Shown here one piece after another: positions 53,707-64,000 of a stretch of DNA of 64,000 nucleotides. The notes under the pieces are model-generated. The model had not been told where the DNA came from. It did not search any database and saw only the letters and a program-made list of their open reading frames with translations. The stretch is from Candidatus Aenigmatarchaeota archaeon (GTDB lineage Archaea > Aenigmatarchaeota > Aenigmatarchaeia > CG10238-14). Position numbers and translations under genes: made by a program. Where the stretch lies: contig JAOAJH010000001.1 in assembly GCA_026414305.1 (NCBI GenBank), forward strand, positions 101,543 through 165,542, given 5' to 3'. Each line of letters opens with the position of its first letter. Positions within the stretch are counted from its first letter, which is position 1.

Positions 53707-55325
53707 AGGATATAACTAAGACCGCAGAAGAAATGGCCAAGGAGCAGAGAGCAGTTTCTGTTTCAGAATTTTTTGAAAGAAACAGGCATTTGTTAGGTTA
53801 TGACAATCCAACAAAAGCTTTGTTGACAGTTGTAAAGGAGATTGTTGACAACTCCCTTGATGCTTGCGAGGAGGCAAGAATACTTCCAAAAATTTACATA
53901 GAAATAAAACAAAAAACTCCAGATATTTTCAAAATTGTAGGAAAAGATAATGGCCCTGGTATAGTTGACAAACAGATACCTTTTACAATGGCCAAACTTT
54001 TATACGGAAGCAAATTTTTCAAGCTTTATCAGTCAAGAGGACAGCAAGGCCTTGGAATAAAAGGATGTGTTTTATATTCTCAACTAACAACAGGAAAACC
54101 GACAACAGTCATTTCAAGCACAGGCGATGGTAAGACTTCATATTATGAGCTTATGATAGATGTTAAAAGAAATGAACCTAATATAATTTCTCACAGAATA
54201 GACAATGATGGCAGAATATGGCATGGACTCAAAGTCGAAATGGAGATTGAAGGCAGATATATTGAGAGCAAAACTTCTGTTAATGAATATATAAGACAGA
54301 CAGCAATCGCAAATCCATATGCAGAGATAATATTTGATGGACCCAATGGCAAAATAGAATACCCAAGATCAGCAAATGTATTGCCGCCACTCCCTAAAGA
54401 AATCAAGCCGCACCCACATGGTATAGAGCTTGGAATGTTTAGAAGAATGCTTGAATCAACAAAATCACGAAATCTTATAGGATTTCTTGTGAACGATTTT
54501 TCAAGAGTTGGAAGAAATTCTGCAGAGGAGGTATGTAAACTAGCAGGAATAGATCAGGAAAAAAACCCGACTCAGCTTAACACTGAAGAATCCGAAACTT
54601 TGTTCAAGGCACTTAAAAAAGTTAAGTTGATGAGGCCACCAACTGATTGTTTATCACCTTTAGGCGAAGATCTTCTTTTGAAAGGAATGCAAAAAGAAAT
54701 AAAGGCAGAATTTTTTGCAGCAATAACAAGACCAACATCTGTTTACAGAGGAAACCCGTTTGTTGTTGAATGTGCTATAGCTTATGGCGGAGAGCTTTCT
54801 CAAGAAGGTTCAGTTGAGATAATGAGACTTTCAAACAAAGTGCCTTTGCTTTATCAGGCAGGTGATTGCGCTATTACAAAAGCAATAGCAACGACTGACT
54901 GGAAAAGATATGGTTTACAGCAATCAGGAAAAAGTTTGCCAACAGGTCCAGCAGTGATAATGGTTCACTTTGCATCTGTGTGGGTTCCATATGTTTCTGA
55001 AAGCAAGCAGGCATTAGCAGCTTATCCTGCTATAATGAAAGAAATAAAGTTAGGATTGCAAGAGCTTGGAAGAAGGCTACAAAAACATGTTTCAGGAAAA
55101 AGAAGAGCTGAAATGCAGAAAAAGAGAAGAAAAATATTTGAGAGGTATATACCAGAGGTTGCTAAATCATTGGAAGAATTGTCAGATGTTAAAAAAGAAA
55201 TTATACAGAAAAAATTGGTTGAGATGATAGAGAAAAAGGCTGTAAAGATTGAAGAGGTAGAGGAAAATGTCGAGGAAAGAAGTGGAAGAAAAGTTAGTGA
55301 AGTTAGGGAAGAAGATAGTGAGTGA
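53700..55325 (+). CDS. top6B: DNA topoisomerase VI subunit B
   Basis: KEIVDNSLDACE, DNGPG, SRGQQG, KPHPHG, NKVPL. Confidence 0.98.
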   Translation: MVEDITKTAEEMAKEQRAVSVSEFFERNRHLLGYDNPTKALLTVVKEIVDNSLDACEEARILPKIYIEIKQKTPDIFKIVGKDNGPGIVDKQIPFTMAKLLYGSKFFKLYQSRGQQGLGIKGCVLYSQLTTGKPTTVISSTGDGKTSYYELMIDVKRNEPNIISHRIDNDGRIWHGLKVEMEIEGRYIESKTSVNEYIRQTAIANPYAEIIFDGPNGKIEYPRSANVLPPLPKEIKPHPHGIELGMFRRMLESTKSRNLIGFLVNDFSRVGRNSAEEVCKLAGIDQEKNPTQLNTEESETLFKALKKVKLMRPPTDCLSPLGEDLLLKGMQKEIKAEFFAAITRPTSVYRGNPFVVECAIAYGGELSQEGSVEIMRLSNKVPLLYQAGDCAITKAIATTDWKRYGLQQSGKSLPTGPAVIMVHFASVWVPYVSESKQALAAYPAIMKEIKLGLQELGRRLQKHVSGKRRAEMQKKRRKIFERYIPEVAKSLEELSDVKKEIIQKKLVEMIEKKAVKIEEVEENVEERSGRKVSEVREEDSE

Positions 55326-56346
55326 TATTGAAAAGGGCAATAATCCAGCTGTAGAGATACCTATACGTAGCCTTTCAAACATTGTGTTTGATGAGAAGAC
55401 AAGACTGCTCAAGTTAGGAGATAAAACAGCAAAAAGATATTTTTTCAATGTAGCTCAGGCTAAAAGTTTTATGCAAACATTGCTTGTTGCTAGTTTTTGT
55501 AGAGACATTGTAAAAGAAAATATTCACACAAGCATAAGAGACATGTATTATAATTTAAAAAGGACATTGGAAGATTCTGATGAAAACACATTTGATGAGC
55601 AAGCAGAAAGCGATCCTATAATTGTTGATTTGGAAACATCTTTGGGTGTTTTAAGAGAGCAATTGCATTTAATAGCTGACAGAAAGGGTGTTGTAGCTGG
55701 AAATGTTGTTGTTGAGGATAGAGGGGATGAAATAGACTGGTCAAAACTTGGTAGCGGTGGATGGTCTATACCTTCAGCTGTTGAAGATATAAAATTCAAA
55801 AAAGTTAAAGCAGACTTTATTTTAGTCATCGAAAAAAACGCTGGCTTTGAGAGGTTGCATGAGGACAGGTTTTGGAAAAAGTATAACTGCATATTGATCG
55901 GTACAGGTGGTCAGCCTGCTAGAGGAACAAGAAGGCTAATAAAAAGATTGTCTGTGGAGCACGACTTGCCCGTTTATGTTATGACAGATTCAGATTCATA
56001 TGGTTGGTACATATATTCTGTTATCAAAAGCGGCAGTATGGCATTGGCGCATGCATCAGACGAGTTGGGCACTCCTAACGTAAAATTCATTGGGTTGACT
56101 ATAAGTGATATTGAAAAGTATGGGTTGCAAAAATCTACAATAAAAGCAACAGAGCAGGATCTGAAGAGGGCTAAAGAACTTTTGGAATATCCATGGATGG
56201 ATTACAAGGAATGGAAGAGAGAGATAAAACTAATGTTACAGAAGAAAATAAAAGCAGAGATAGAGGCTTTGTCAGCACGAGGGTTGAAATTTTTATCAGA
56301 AGTTTATTTGCCAGAAAAAATAGAAAAGAAACAGTTTTTACCTTGA
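55267..56346 (+). CDS. top6A: DNA topoisomerase VI subunit A
   Basis: IRDMYY, Q.ESD, IEK, GQP.R.TR, TDSDSYG, KAEIEAL. Confidence 0.98.
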   Translation: MSRKEVEEKLVKLGKKIVSDIEKGNNPAVEIPIRSLSNIVFDEKTRLLKLGDKTAKRYFFNVAQAKSFMQTLLVASFCRDIVKENIHTSIRDMYYNLKRTLEDSDENTFDEQAESDPIIVDLETSLGVLREQLHLIADRKGVVAGNVVVEDRGDEIDWSKLGSGGWSIPSAVEDIKFKKVKADFILVIEKNAGFERLHEDRFWKKYNCILIGTGGQPARGTRRLIKRLSVEHDLPVYVMTDSDSYGWYIYSVIKSGSMALAHASDELGTPNVKFIGLTISDIEKYGLQKSTIKATEQDLKRAKELLEYPWMDYKEWKREIKLMLQKKIKAEIEALSARGLKFLSEVYLPEKIEKKQFLP

Positions 56347-56538
56347 TCATTTGAAATGAACCAACTTTTCTCCAGTTAACTCTTCTAATTTCTTTACAAG
56401 TTTGTCAACATTAATATCATATTTTTTGCCCAAAAAAATGGCTTTTTTTAGCAGATCAATGTCAAACTCTTCTGTGCCTAAATCGATCATCTCATTATAC
56501 CTATTGACTACTAACTCAATTTCCTCCTTTTCAGACAC
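56347..56538 (-). CDS. Small acidic hypothetical protein
   Basis: GTG start after a GAGG SD; coding-like composition. Confidence 0.55.
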   Translation of the reverse strand: MSEKEEIELVVNRYNEMIDLGTEEFDIDLLKKAIFLGKKYDINVDKLVKKLEELTGEKLVHFK

Positions 56539-56547
56539 AGAAATTCC

Positions 56548-56610
56548 TCATTTTTTCTTTTTTGGTTTTTCCTTTTTCCCAAAGAGCTTTTTAAACCATT
56601 CCAAACACAT
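56548..56610 (-). CDS. Putative 20-aa basic amphipathic peptide
   Basis: MCLEWFKKLFGKKEKPKKKK; ends 9 nt before the next gene. Confidence 0.35.
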   Translation of the reverse strand: MCLEWFKKLFGKKEKPKKKK

Positions 56611-56712
56611 GTTCTATCAGAATATATTTTGGTTTTTATCTTTTAATTGTTTATTAGAATTTAATATAAAATATAAAAAAATTTAATAAAAAATAAAAGA
56701 AAAATTTCTGTT

Positions 56713-57021
56713 TTAACTTTTTGTCAAGACAATGCTTATTGTGGAAACATTTACTTTATTTCCACCGTCTACTGCTCTCTCTTCTGTTCCTATTTCGATG
56801 TGTTTTACTTTAACATCGCCTAGGAACTTGTTTTTTACGATCTCAGCAACGTCTACAGCTCTGGAAATTGACTTTCCTCTTGCCTTGACGTTTACTTCTT
56901 TAATGCCGCCTGTAAATTGTGTTATTACGGCCAATACGTAAGACATTGCCGGTTTTTTACCGACAAAAATCACATTGTCTCCTGGTTTTACAGTATTTTC
57001 TGCTTTCTTTTTTTCTGCCAT
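56713..57021 (-). CDS. albA: DNA/RNA-binding protein Alba
   Basis: [27 protein letters not shown]. Confidence 0.97.
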   Translation of the reverse strand: MAEKKKAENTVKPGDNVIFVGKKPAMSYVLAVITQFTGGIKEVNVKARGKSISRAVDVAEIVKNKFLGDVKVKHIEIGTEERAVDGGNKVNVSTISIVLTKS

Positions 57022-57090
57022 CTATTCACCTCTCTAGTTTTGTTGTTAAATCAACTAATAAAATAAAAAGAATAGATTTAAAATTTACTA

Positions 57091-58029
57091 TTAATCTTTC
57101 TTTTCTGATTGTTTCTCTATTTCTTCTTCTAATCCTAGTTTTTCTATTAACTCTTTGTATCTGTTTCTGATTGTAACTTCTGTGACATTTATAATACTTG
57201 CAACCTCTCTTTGTGTTCTCTTCTCGCCTGTTAATACACATGCTATGTATATTGCTGCTGCGGCAACGCCTGTTGGTCCTTTACCGCTTGTTATATCCAT
57301 TTTCTTTGCTTTATCTAGTATTTTTATTGCCATTGCCTGTACTTTGTCGCTCAAGTTTAGCATTGAGCAGAATCTTGGTACAAAGTCTTTTGGATCTGAT
57401 GGCAATATTCTTATCTTTAACTCTCTTGAGATATATCTGTATGTTCTTCCTATTTCTCTTTTCTCAAGACCAGAAGCTTCTGCTACTTCGTCCAACGTTC
57501 TTGGGCTTTCAAATTGCCTTGAAACACCATAGACTAGAGCTGCTATAACACTTTCGATTGATCTTCCTCTTACCAAGCCTTTGTCAACTGCTTCTTCATA
57601 ATATCTTGCTATTCTTTCATGTACTGGCTTTGGTATGTTTAGGAATGAAACCATTCTTTGCAATTCAGATAAGGCAAATGACAAGTTTCTGTCTTTGCTT
57701 TCGATAAGTCTTTTATGCCATTTCTTTAACCTGTAATATTGTGCTCTTTTCTTTCCTGGCACTTTGTATAATTCACCTAAACCTTTACCAATTTCTGTTG
57801 TCAAACCCTTGTCATGTTTTGTGAATGTCAATGGTGCGCCTGTTCTAGCCCTGTCAGACATTTGCTCAGAATCAAAAGCTCTCCATTCTTGTCCTCTGTC
57901 TATCATATCCTCTTTTAACACTAGCCCGCAGCTTGAGCAGATCAACTCTCCTCTAGCTTCGTCTTCTATAAATTGTGTCCCACCACATTCAGGACATTCT
58001 TTGTGTTCTTTAGAGCCTTTAAACTTCAT
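57091..58029 (-). CDS. tfb: Transcription initiation factor IIB
   Basis: CPECG, GQEWRAF, HDKGL.T, RGRSIE, GKGP.G, VTEVTIRNRY. Confidence 0.98.
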   Translation of the reverse strand: MKFKGSKEHKECPECGGTQFIEDEARGELICSSCGLVLKEDMIDRGQEWRAFDSEQMSDRARTGAPLTFTKHDKGLTTEIGKGLGELYKVPGKKRAQYYRLKKWHKRLIESKDRNLSFALSELQRMVSFLNIPKPVHERIARYYEEAVDKGLVRGRSIESVIAALVYGVSRQFESPRTLDEVAEASGLEKREIGRTYRYISRELKIRILPSDPKDFVPRFCSMLNLSDKVQAMAIKILDKAKKMDITSGKGPTGVAAAAIYIACVLTGEKRTQREVASIINVTEVTIRNRYKELIEKLGLEEEIEKQSEKKD

Positions 58030-58168
58030 ATACTATCACCTATAAGTAAGTATAGAAAAGCTTTTAAGCCTTTCGGTATGCTTTAATTAATTGAAAAATA
58101 TTATTTATAAAATTATGCTTTTGAGCTACTATAATTTTCTTATTTTAACAATAGAATAATTAAATAGC

Positions 58169-58747
58169 ATGTCTAAGGATAAAAAGGCTTTGATAGAAGC
58201 TGCATTATTTATGGCAGCCCAACCTTTAAGCTTGAAAGAGCTTGCCAAGGTAGCTGGAATAAGCTCTGAGGATAAGATAAAGGATATTCTAGATCAAATA
58301 AAACAAGAATTAGATAAAGAAAACAGAGGCATTGAGCTTGCTGTTTTACCAGGCGGCTATCAACTTAGAGTAAAACAAGAGTTTATAGACAAGGTTGCCA
58401 GTTTGACACCACATTCTGATCTTAGTGAAGGCATGCTAAGAGCTTTAGGTATAATTGCTTTAAAACAACCAGCTACTCAATCAGATGTTGTCAAAATTCA
58501 AGGAAACAAAGCCTACGGTTATATAAAGGAGTTAGAGAAAAGAGGTTTGATAAAAACTGAAAAATTTGGCAGAACTAGAAAGTTGATAACAACAAAAGAG
58601 TTTGAAAGATATTTTGGGAAAAGCATAAATGAAATAAGGCAAGCTTTGCAGGATGTGATAAAAAATGAAAGAAATGAGCAGCTTGGAAGTAAAGTTCCAA
58701 GTCAAGATGTTGAAGAAATTGAAGGATTCGAAGATACAGAAGATTAA
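58169..58747 (+). CDS. scpB: SMC-Scp complex subunit ScpB
   Basis: IEAALF, IA.KQP.T, GRT...TT..F..YFG. Confidence 0.93.
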   Translation: MSKDKKALIEAALFMAAQPLSLKELAKVAGISSEDKIKDILDQIKQELDKENRGIELAVLPGGYQLRVKQEFIDKVASLTPHSDLSEGMLRALGIIALKQPATQSDVVKIQGNKAYGYIKELEKRGLIKTEKFGRTRKLITTKEFERYFGKSINEIRQALQDVIKNERNEQLGSKVPSQDVEEIEGFEDTED

Positions 58748-60299
58748 AGAAATACCATATGCTTTTTTGTTTGAATTATATTCACCTGGCAAAAGATTGA
58801 ATCTTGTTATATCAAGAAAATTCTTTTTTGTTACAGAAAAAAATTATGACGCAATAGCTTCAAGTAATTTTTGCGTTTTTTTGAGATCAAAATTAGTTGG
58901 ACAAAGGATAATTGATGCAAGGCAAATAGAATTTGACAGGATAATTGAAATAGAAACAGAAGATTATATTTTGATAATAGAGCTTTTTGGAGAAGGCAAT
59001 ATTATATTGACAAATCAGCCGGAAAAGAAAATAATTCATGCTTTGAATATGAGGAGTTGGAGAGACAGAGAGATAAAAAAAGATGTTATTTATCAACAAC
59101 CTCCATCATCAAAAAATCCGTTTAAAACATCATTAATCGAATTAAAGCAGATGCTTGACGAAAAAGAGCTTGTGAGAATTCTTGCAAAGGATTTAGGTTT
59201 TGGTGGTGAAGTTGCAAGAGAGATTTGCCAGAAATTGTCATTAAATCCTGAAAGCAAATATGCTTTGAACGCAGAGCCAATTTATGAGTTTCTTCAGAAC
59301 ATAGACAAAAATTTCAGTAAAATGGATAAGGCAAACGAATTGATTGAAAAAGAATATGAAGTTGATTACAATCTTTACAGGCAAAAAGATTTAACAGAAG
59401 TTCTTGAAAAGGGAAACAGGATAAGAAAGAAACAAATTCAAGCTTTGAATGAGCTTAATGAGAAAAAGCAAAAACTCGAACAAGATGTGCAAAAGATAAT
59501 GGAAGAATATATTGAATTTGAGAAAGAGTTTAATGAAAGCAGGAACAAGCCATTGAAGGAAGTTTCAATTAAGGGAATAACTTTCAATCCAAGAATATCA
59601 TTCAATGACAACATTCAAAATTTTTACAAAAAGATCAAAGATTTGAAAAACAAAATACAGAGTTTGAATGAAATTTTGAATAAAGTTGAATACAAAGTTA
59701 AAAAAGAAAAAAAACTGGAGCAAAAAAAAGAATGGTATGAAAAATTCAGGTGGTTTATTTCTTCAGACGGGTTTGTTGTTATAGGCGGCAAAGATGCTGA
59801 GACAAATGAAATAATAATAAGAAAACATTTGAAAAAAGATGATCTTGTCTTTCACACAGACATAACAGGCTCGCCTTTTGTTGTTATTAAAAATCCAGAT
59901 GCGAAAAGAATTCCATCGACAACAATAAGAGAAGCTGCTGAATTTTGCGCCTGCTTCTCAAAAGCATGGAAGATAGGTATACAAGCAGATGTTTATTATA
60001 TTTTACCAGAACAAGTGAAAAAAGAAGGTGGTTTGCCAAAAGGATCGTTTATGATTTTCGGCAAAAGGGAATGGATAAGAAGAATAGAGCTGCTTTTGGC
60101 AATTGGTGTTTATGATGAAAAAATAATTTATGGACCGATAAGTGCTGTTAGCAAAAAGACAAAGAGATATGTTGTAATAACAACAGGCGAGGATAACATA
60201 AAGGATGATTTTAACAAATATTTTGGCGAACTTGCTGAAGAAGCTAAAAAAGCAATACCATATGGTAAATGCAAGATAGTTGAAACACATGGTAATTGA
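58665..60299 (+). CDS. rqcH: NFACT/RqcH ribosome quality-control protein
   Basis: FDRI, IELFG.GNIIL, WYEKFRWF.SSDG, GGKDA..NE, H.DI.GSP, GSFMI.G. Confidence 0.92.
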   Translation: MKEMSSLEVKFQVKMLKKLKDSKIQKIKEIPYAFLFELYSPGKRLNLVISRKFFFVTEKNYDAIASSNFCVFLRSKLVGQRIIDARQIEFDRIIEIETEDYILIIELFGEGNIILTNQPEKKIIHALNMRSWRDREIKKDVIYQQPPSSKNPFKTSLIELKQMLDEKELVRILAKDLGFGGEVAREICQKLSLNPESKYALNAEPIYEFLQNIDKNFSKMDKANELIEKEYEVDYNLYRQKDLTEVLEKGNRIRKKQIQALNELNEKKQKLEQDVQKIMEEYIEFEKEFNESRNKPLKEVSIKGITFNPRISFNDNIQNFYKKIKDLKNKIQSLNEILNKVEYKVKKEKKLEQKKEWYEKFRWFISSDGFVVIGGKDAETNEIIIRKHLKKDDLVFHTDITGSPFVVIKNPDAKRIPSTTIREAAEFCACFSKAWKIGIQADVYYILPEQVKKEGGLPKGSFMIFGKREWIRRIELLLAIGVYDEKIIYGPISAVSKKTKRYVVITTGEDNIKDDFNKYFGELAEEAKKAIPYGKCKIVETHGN

Positions 60300-60797
60300 A
60301 TGTTGAGAAAAATTCTTTCTTTGCTGACAATACCAGGCGTAGTTGTTCACGAATTCGGCCACAAGCTATTTTGCGATTTAACAAACACGAGAGTGAGAAA
60401 AGTATGTTATTTCAGATTTGGTGATCCTGCTGGTTATGTTGTTCACGACATACCAAACGAGTTTTATAAAATCTTGCTTATAGTTTTGGGGCCAATGATA
60501 TTTGGAACAATATTTGCTTTAATATGCTATGTATACTCATTTTTCTATCAGTCAACAATATATCAATACATCTTTATTTGGCTTGGTTTTTCAGCTGGCT
60601 ATAATTGCTTTCCTAGCGACAAAGATGGAAAGATATTGTTTGATGAGACAAACAAGAATTTGAAAAAAAACATTTTATCTGTTATAAACTATCCGTTTTG
60701 CCTTTTAATATGGCTTCAAAACAGGTTGAATTTTTTATATATTGACTTGATATATGCAGTAATGCTTTATTTGTTTGTTTTAAATTATTTTGTATAA
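60300..60797 (+). CDS. Membrane HEXXH zinc metallopeptidase-like protein
   Basis: PGVVVHEFGH, GYVVH, GP, FPSDKD. Confidence 0.78.
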   Translation: MLRKILSLLTIPGVVVHEFGHKLFCDLTNTRVRKVCYFRFGDPAGYVVHDIPNEFYKILLIVLGPMIFGTIFALICYVYSFFYQSTIYQYIFIWLGFSAGYNCFPSDKDGKILFDETNKNLKKNILSVINYPFCLLIWLQNRLNFLYIDLIYAVMLYLFVLNYFV

Positions 60798-60841
60798 GTT
60801 TTTTATATAACAACGTTATCTAATTTTGCTTGGTGTATTGA

Positions 60842-63643
60842 ATGGCTTTTAAACAATTGAATAAAAAACTGCAAGAAGGGTTGAAAAAGTTGGGGTTTGA
60901 TAACCCGACATTGCCGCAAGAGTTAGGTATACCAAAAATTCTTTCTGGTAAAGACGTGCTTATAATTGCTCCAACTGGTTTGGGTAAGACAGAGACAGTT
61001 GTTTTGCCTGTTTTTAGCATGTGGCTTGAAAGAAAAGTGCAGCCTACAAGCATTCTCTATATAACACCACTAAAATCATTAAACAGAGATTTGCTTAAGA
61101 GATTTGTTTTTTGGAGCGATGAGCTTGGGATAAACATATCTGTTAGGCACGGAGACACAACTGCTTATGAAAGAAAGAAGCAAGCTGATTTTCCTGATGA
61201 TATGCTTGTTACAACACCAGAAACTCTTCAGGCTATTTTGCCAGCAAAGAAGATGAGAGAGAATTTGAGAAATGTAAAATTTGTCATAATTGACGAAGTT
61301 CATGAATTGGCTGAGAGCAAAAGAGGCACTCAACTGTCAATAGCTTTGCAACGATTAAAGCAGTTATGCACCGATTATCAGCTTATAATGCTTAGTGCAA
61401 CTGTCGGTGAACCAGAAAAGATAGCAAAGTATTTTGCAGGCGAAAAAAATGTTGAGATAGTAAAATCAGATTTTGTCAAAAAAATAAAAATAGATGTTGT
61501 CTCACCTAATGCTAATGACAAACATTCAGAAATCGCTGAAAAAATTTCTTCAAATCTTCAAGCAGCAGCAAGACTTGATTTTATCAGCAATACCATAAAA
61601 AATCACAAATCAACTTTGATTTTTACAAATACAAGAGATTTTGCAGAGATATTAACATCAAGAATGAAACATGCATACCCTGAGATATCTATAGACAATC
61701 ATCACAGCAGCTTGAGCAAGTCTGTGAGGATAAAAGTAGAAGAGGATTTTAAAAATGAAAAGTTAAAGGCAATTGTTGCAACATCATCTCTTGAACTTGG
61801 CATAGATATAGGATCAGTTGATTTTATCCTGCATTACATGTCACCTCGCCAGCCGTCAAGAGCATTGCAGAGAATTGGAAGAGCTGGACATCAGTTTAAT
61901 TTGGTTTCAGAAGGAATGATAATTGCCACAGATATTGACGATTGTTTTGAGTCAGCCGTCATTGCTCAACAAGCATTGAAAGGAGCTTTGCAAAAATCTA
62001 AATTGCACACAGAATGTCTGGATGTTCTCGCTCATCAAATTATTGGAATATTGAGAGACAATTACAAAATGAAAATAGATGATGTTTATAATATTGTTAA
62101 AAAATCAGATCCATACAAAAACTTGACAAAGCAAAAATTCATGTCAGTTTGTCTGCAGCTTTCGCAACTAAGATATCTTTTCATAAATGAAGATGAGATG
62201 AAAATCTCAAAAAAAGGGTTGATATATTATCTTGAAAATTTGAGCACAATACCTGACAGCAAAAACTATAGTGTTGTTAATATTTTGACACATGAAAAAG
62301 TTGGTACACTTGATGAAGAGTTTGTTGCTGTTAATGCTGAAGAAGGTTCGACATTTATAATGAAAGGAGAACCATGGCGTGTGGTGAGTATAGATAAAAA
62401 AGAGGTTATGGTTGAACCTTCTGGAGATATACAGGCAACAATACCTGGATGGGAAGGCGAATTAATGCCTGTGCCATATGAAGTTGCTATTGGTGTTGGT
62501 AAATTACGTGATCACATTTCAAAATTGATTGATCTTGGCTATAGCAAAAAAGATGTTGTAAATGATTTAATGAAAGGTTACCCTGTTGATGAAAATACAG
62601 CAAAAAGAATGGCAAATATTGTAAAGAAGCAAAAGAAATATCTAGTTCCAACAAACAATCACATTGTTGTTGAATACAAAGACGACAAGATAATAATACA
62701 TTCATGTTTTGGCAATAAGGTAAATGAAACAATAGGCAGATATTTGACAAGTTTGCTTTCAATGCGCTTTGGTTCTGTTGGATTGAAAATAGATCCTTAC
62801 AGGATAATACTTGAGATGCAGAGCAATTATTTGAATAATTTCAAAGAGATATTTTTGAGTGCAAAACAAGAAACAATAGAGCCGATAATAGATGCTTCAT
62901 TGCCAAATACAAAACTATTTCAGTGGAAGTTTTTACATGTTGCAAGAAGATTTGGCGTCATAAGCAGAGATGCTCAGCTAGGCAAGATAATGATGTCTAA
63001 AATAATTGACTTATACAGAGACAGTCCAGTGTGGCAGGAAACAATAAAAGAAATAAAAACTGAAAAGCTTGATGTGGAAAGAGCAGCTGAAATATTTGAA
63101 AAAATAAGCAAAAATGAAATCAAAATTTCTTTCATAAACAAAATATCGCCTTTGGGAAGATTAGGAATAAAAATGAAAAGAGAGGTTGTTGGTCCTGAAA
63201 AAGCTGACATTCAAATAATGGATATTTTCAAGAAAAGGCTGCTATCTAAAAAAGTGAAGCTTGTATGTATGAATTGTGGTAAATGGTCAATGACTTTGGA
63301 AGTGAAAGACATACCTGAAGTTCCTAGGTGTTCTAAATGCAATGCTAGACTAATAACAGCTCATCACCCAAGATTTGATGAAGGTGAAAAAATCATTCAA
63401 AAAAGCATAAAACAGACTGAAATGACGCAAAGGGAAAAAGAGATACTTGAAAAAATGAGAAAGATTTCTGACTTGATTATAGTTTATGGCAAAAAGGCTG
63501 TAATAGCTTTGACAGCAAAAGGTGTTGGGCCCAAAGTTGCGACAAGAATTTTAAGGAATGTTTATACTGATGAAGATAGTTTTTACAAAGCTTTGCTTGA
63601 GGCAGAAAAGACTTTTGTAAGGACTAAAAAGTTTTGGAAATAA
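60842..63643 (+). CDS. lhr: Lhr-family SF2 helicase
   Basis: APTGLGKT, TTPETL, DEVHE, SAT, TSSLELGIDIG, QRIGRAGH, PGWEGE; C-terminal Zn finger. Confidence 0.93.
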   Translation: MAFKQLNKKLQEGLKKLGFDNPTLPQELGIPKILSGKDVLIIAPTGLGKTETVVLPVFSMWLERKVQPTSILYITPLKSLNRDLLKRFVFWSDELGINISVRHGDTTAYERKKQADFPDDMLVTTPETLQAILPAKKMRENLRNVKFVIIDEVHELAESKRGTQLSIALQRLKQLCTDYQLIMLSATVGEPEKIAKYFAGEKNVEIVKSDFVKKIKIDVVSPNANDKHSEIAEKISSNLQAAARLDFISNTIKNHKSTLIFTNTRDFAEILTSRMKHAYPEISIDNHHSSLSKSVRIKVEEDFKNEKLKAIVATSSLELGIDIGSVDFILHYMSPRQPSRALQRIGRAGHQFNLVSEGMIIATDIDDCFESAVIAQQALKGALQKSKLHTECLDVLAHQIIGILRDNYKMKIDDVYNIVKKSDPYKNLTKQKFMSVCLQLSQLRYLFINEDEMKISKKGLIYYLENLSTIPDSKNYSVVNILTHEKVGTLDEEFVAVNAEEGSTFIMKGEPWRVVSIDKKEVMVEPSGDIQATIPGWEGELMPVPYEVAIGVGKLRDHISKLIDLGYSKKDVVNDLMKGYPVDENTAKRMANIVKKQKKYLVPTNNHIVVEYKDDKIIIHSCFGNKVNETIGRYLTSLLSMRFGSVGLKIDPYRIILEMQSNYLNNFKEIFLSAKQETIEPIIDASLPNTKLFQWKFLHVARRFGVISRDAQLGKIMMSKIIDLYRDSPVWQETIKEIKTEKLDVERAAEIFEKISKNEIKISFINKISPLGRLGIKMKREVVGPEKADIQIMDIFKKRLLSKKVKLVCMNCGKWSMTLEVKDIPEVPRCSKCNARLITAHHPRFDEGEKIIQKSIKQTEMTQREKEILEKMRKISDLIIVYGKKAVIALTAKGVGPKVATRILRNVYTDEDSFYKALLEAEKTFVRTKKFWK

Positions 63644-63673
63644 ATAAATTCTTTTTCAAACTAATAAAATTAG

Positions 63674-64000
63674 ATGACAATTCATTTAGCTTTGCTTTTG
63701 CATTTATACCAGCCACCTTGGCAAAGAAAGGATGTTTTAGACAGAATAGTTAATAATTGCTATAGGGATATTATTGAATATAATGGACCTGGAATAGATC
63801 TTAACATAAATTATTCTTTGATTGAATTGTTGAGAAATAATAGATATGAAGATGTTTTAACAGGTTTTGCTTTAAAAAACAGAGGCTGCGAAATTACAAA
63901 CAGTGCAGCTTATCACCCTATAATTCCTTTAATTTTGCAGCTGAATGGAGGAGAAAGAGTTATACAACATCAGATTGATTTGAATAGAGAAGGATTAAGG
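63674..64000 (+). CDS. Glycoside hydrolase family 57 protein, 5' part (runs off window)
   Basis: MTIHLALLLHLYQPPWQ...CY...NINYSL.E...SAAYHPIIPL. Confidence 0.8.
   Translation, partial: MTIHLALLLHLYQPPWQRKDVLDRIVNNCYRDIIEYNGPGIDLNINYSLIELLRNNRYEDVLTGFALKNRGCEITNSAAYHPIIPLILQLNGGERVIQHQIDLNREGLR

Noticed and set aside
296-63210. Numerous 60-185 aa antisense or alternate-frame ORFs (e.g. 25115-25672, 57026-57241, 57155-57532)
   Set aside because: Shadows of well-identified genes with F/S/L/I-rich composition typical of reverse-complemented AT-rich coding DNA

Overview
AT-rich archaeal chromosome segment from a compact genome, probably DPANN (Aenigmarchaeota-like; inferred from gene content and density, not proven). 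Core content: (1) the S10/spc ribosomal superoperon, split between rps14 and rps8 into two divergent halves; (2) serS, valS, aRF1, rps24e and rps27ae; (3) an information-processing cluster (trm56, aIF1A, RIO1, KH/Dim2, topoisomerase VI, Alba, TFB, ScpB, RqcH, Lhr); (4) four tRNA genes (Gly-TCC, Ser-CGA, and intron-containing Trp-CCA and Thr-TGT). There are two accessory islands. The first is a complete type III-A CRISPR-Cas locus (cas6-cas10-csm2-5, a CARF-HEPN effector, cas1-cas2, 24 perfect 30-bp repeats) lying between tRNA-Gly and the operon breakpoint. The second is a ~8.2-kb element integrated at the 3' end of tRNA-Thr with a 13-bp att duplication. It encodes a tyrosine integrase, a DUF3631-like P-loop replication protein, an RHH-FtsK/HerA-type ATPase, a Cys-rich lipoprotein and a MazG-like + HNH defence pair. 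The most novel-looking signals are: both short tRNA introns resemble minimal single-K-loop box C'/D' guides aimed at positions 34/39 of their own pre-tRNA; aRF1 has no canonical in-frame start and is overlapped by a mini-ORF whose TGA overlaps an in-frame CTG; two tandem HIT paralogues have complementary broken triads; and two orphan small ORFs are embedded in the ribosomal operon. All calls come from reading the sequence; no database searches were run.
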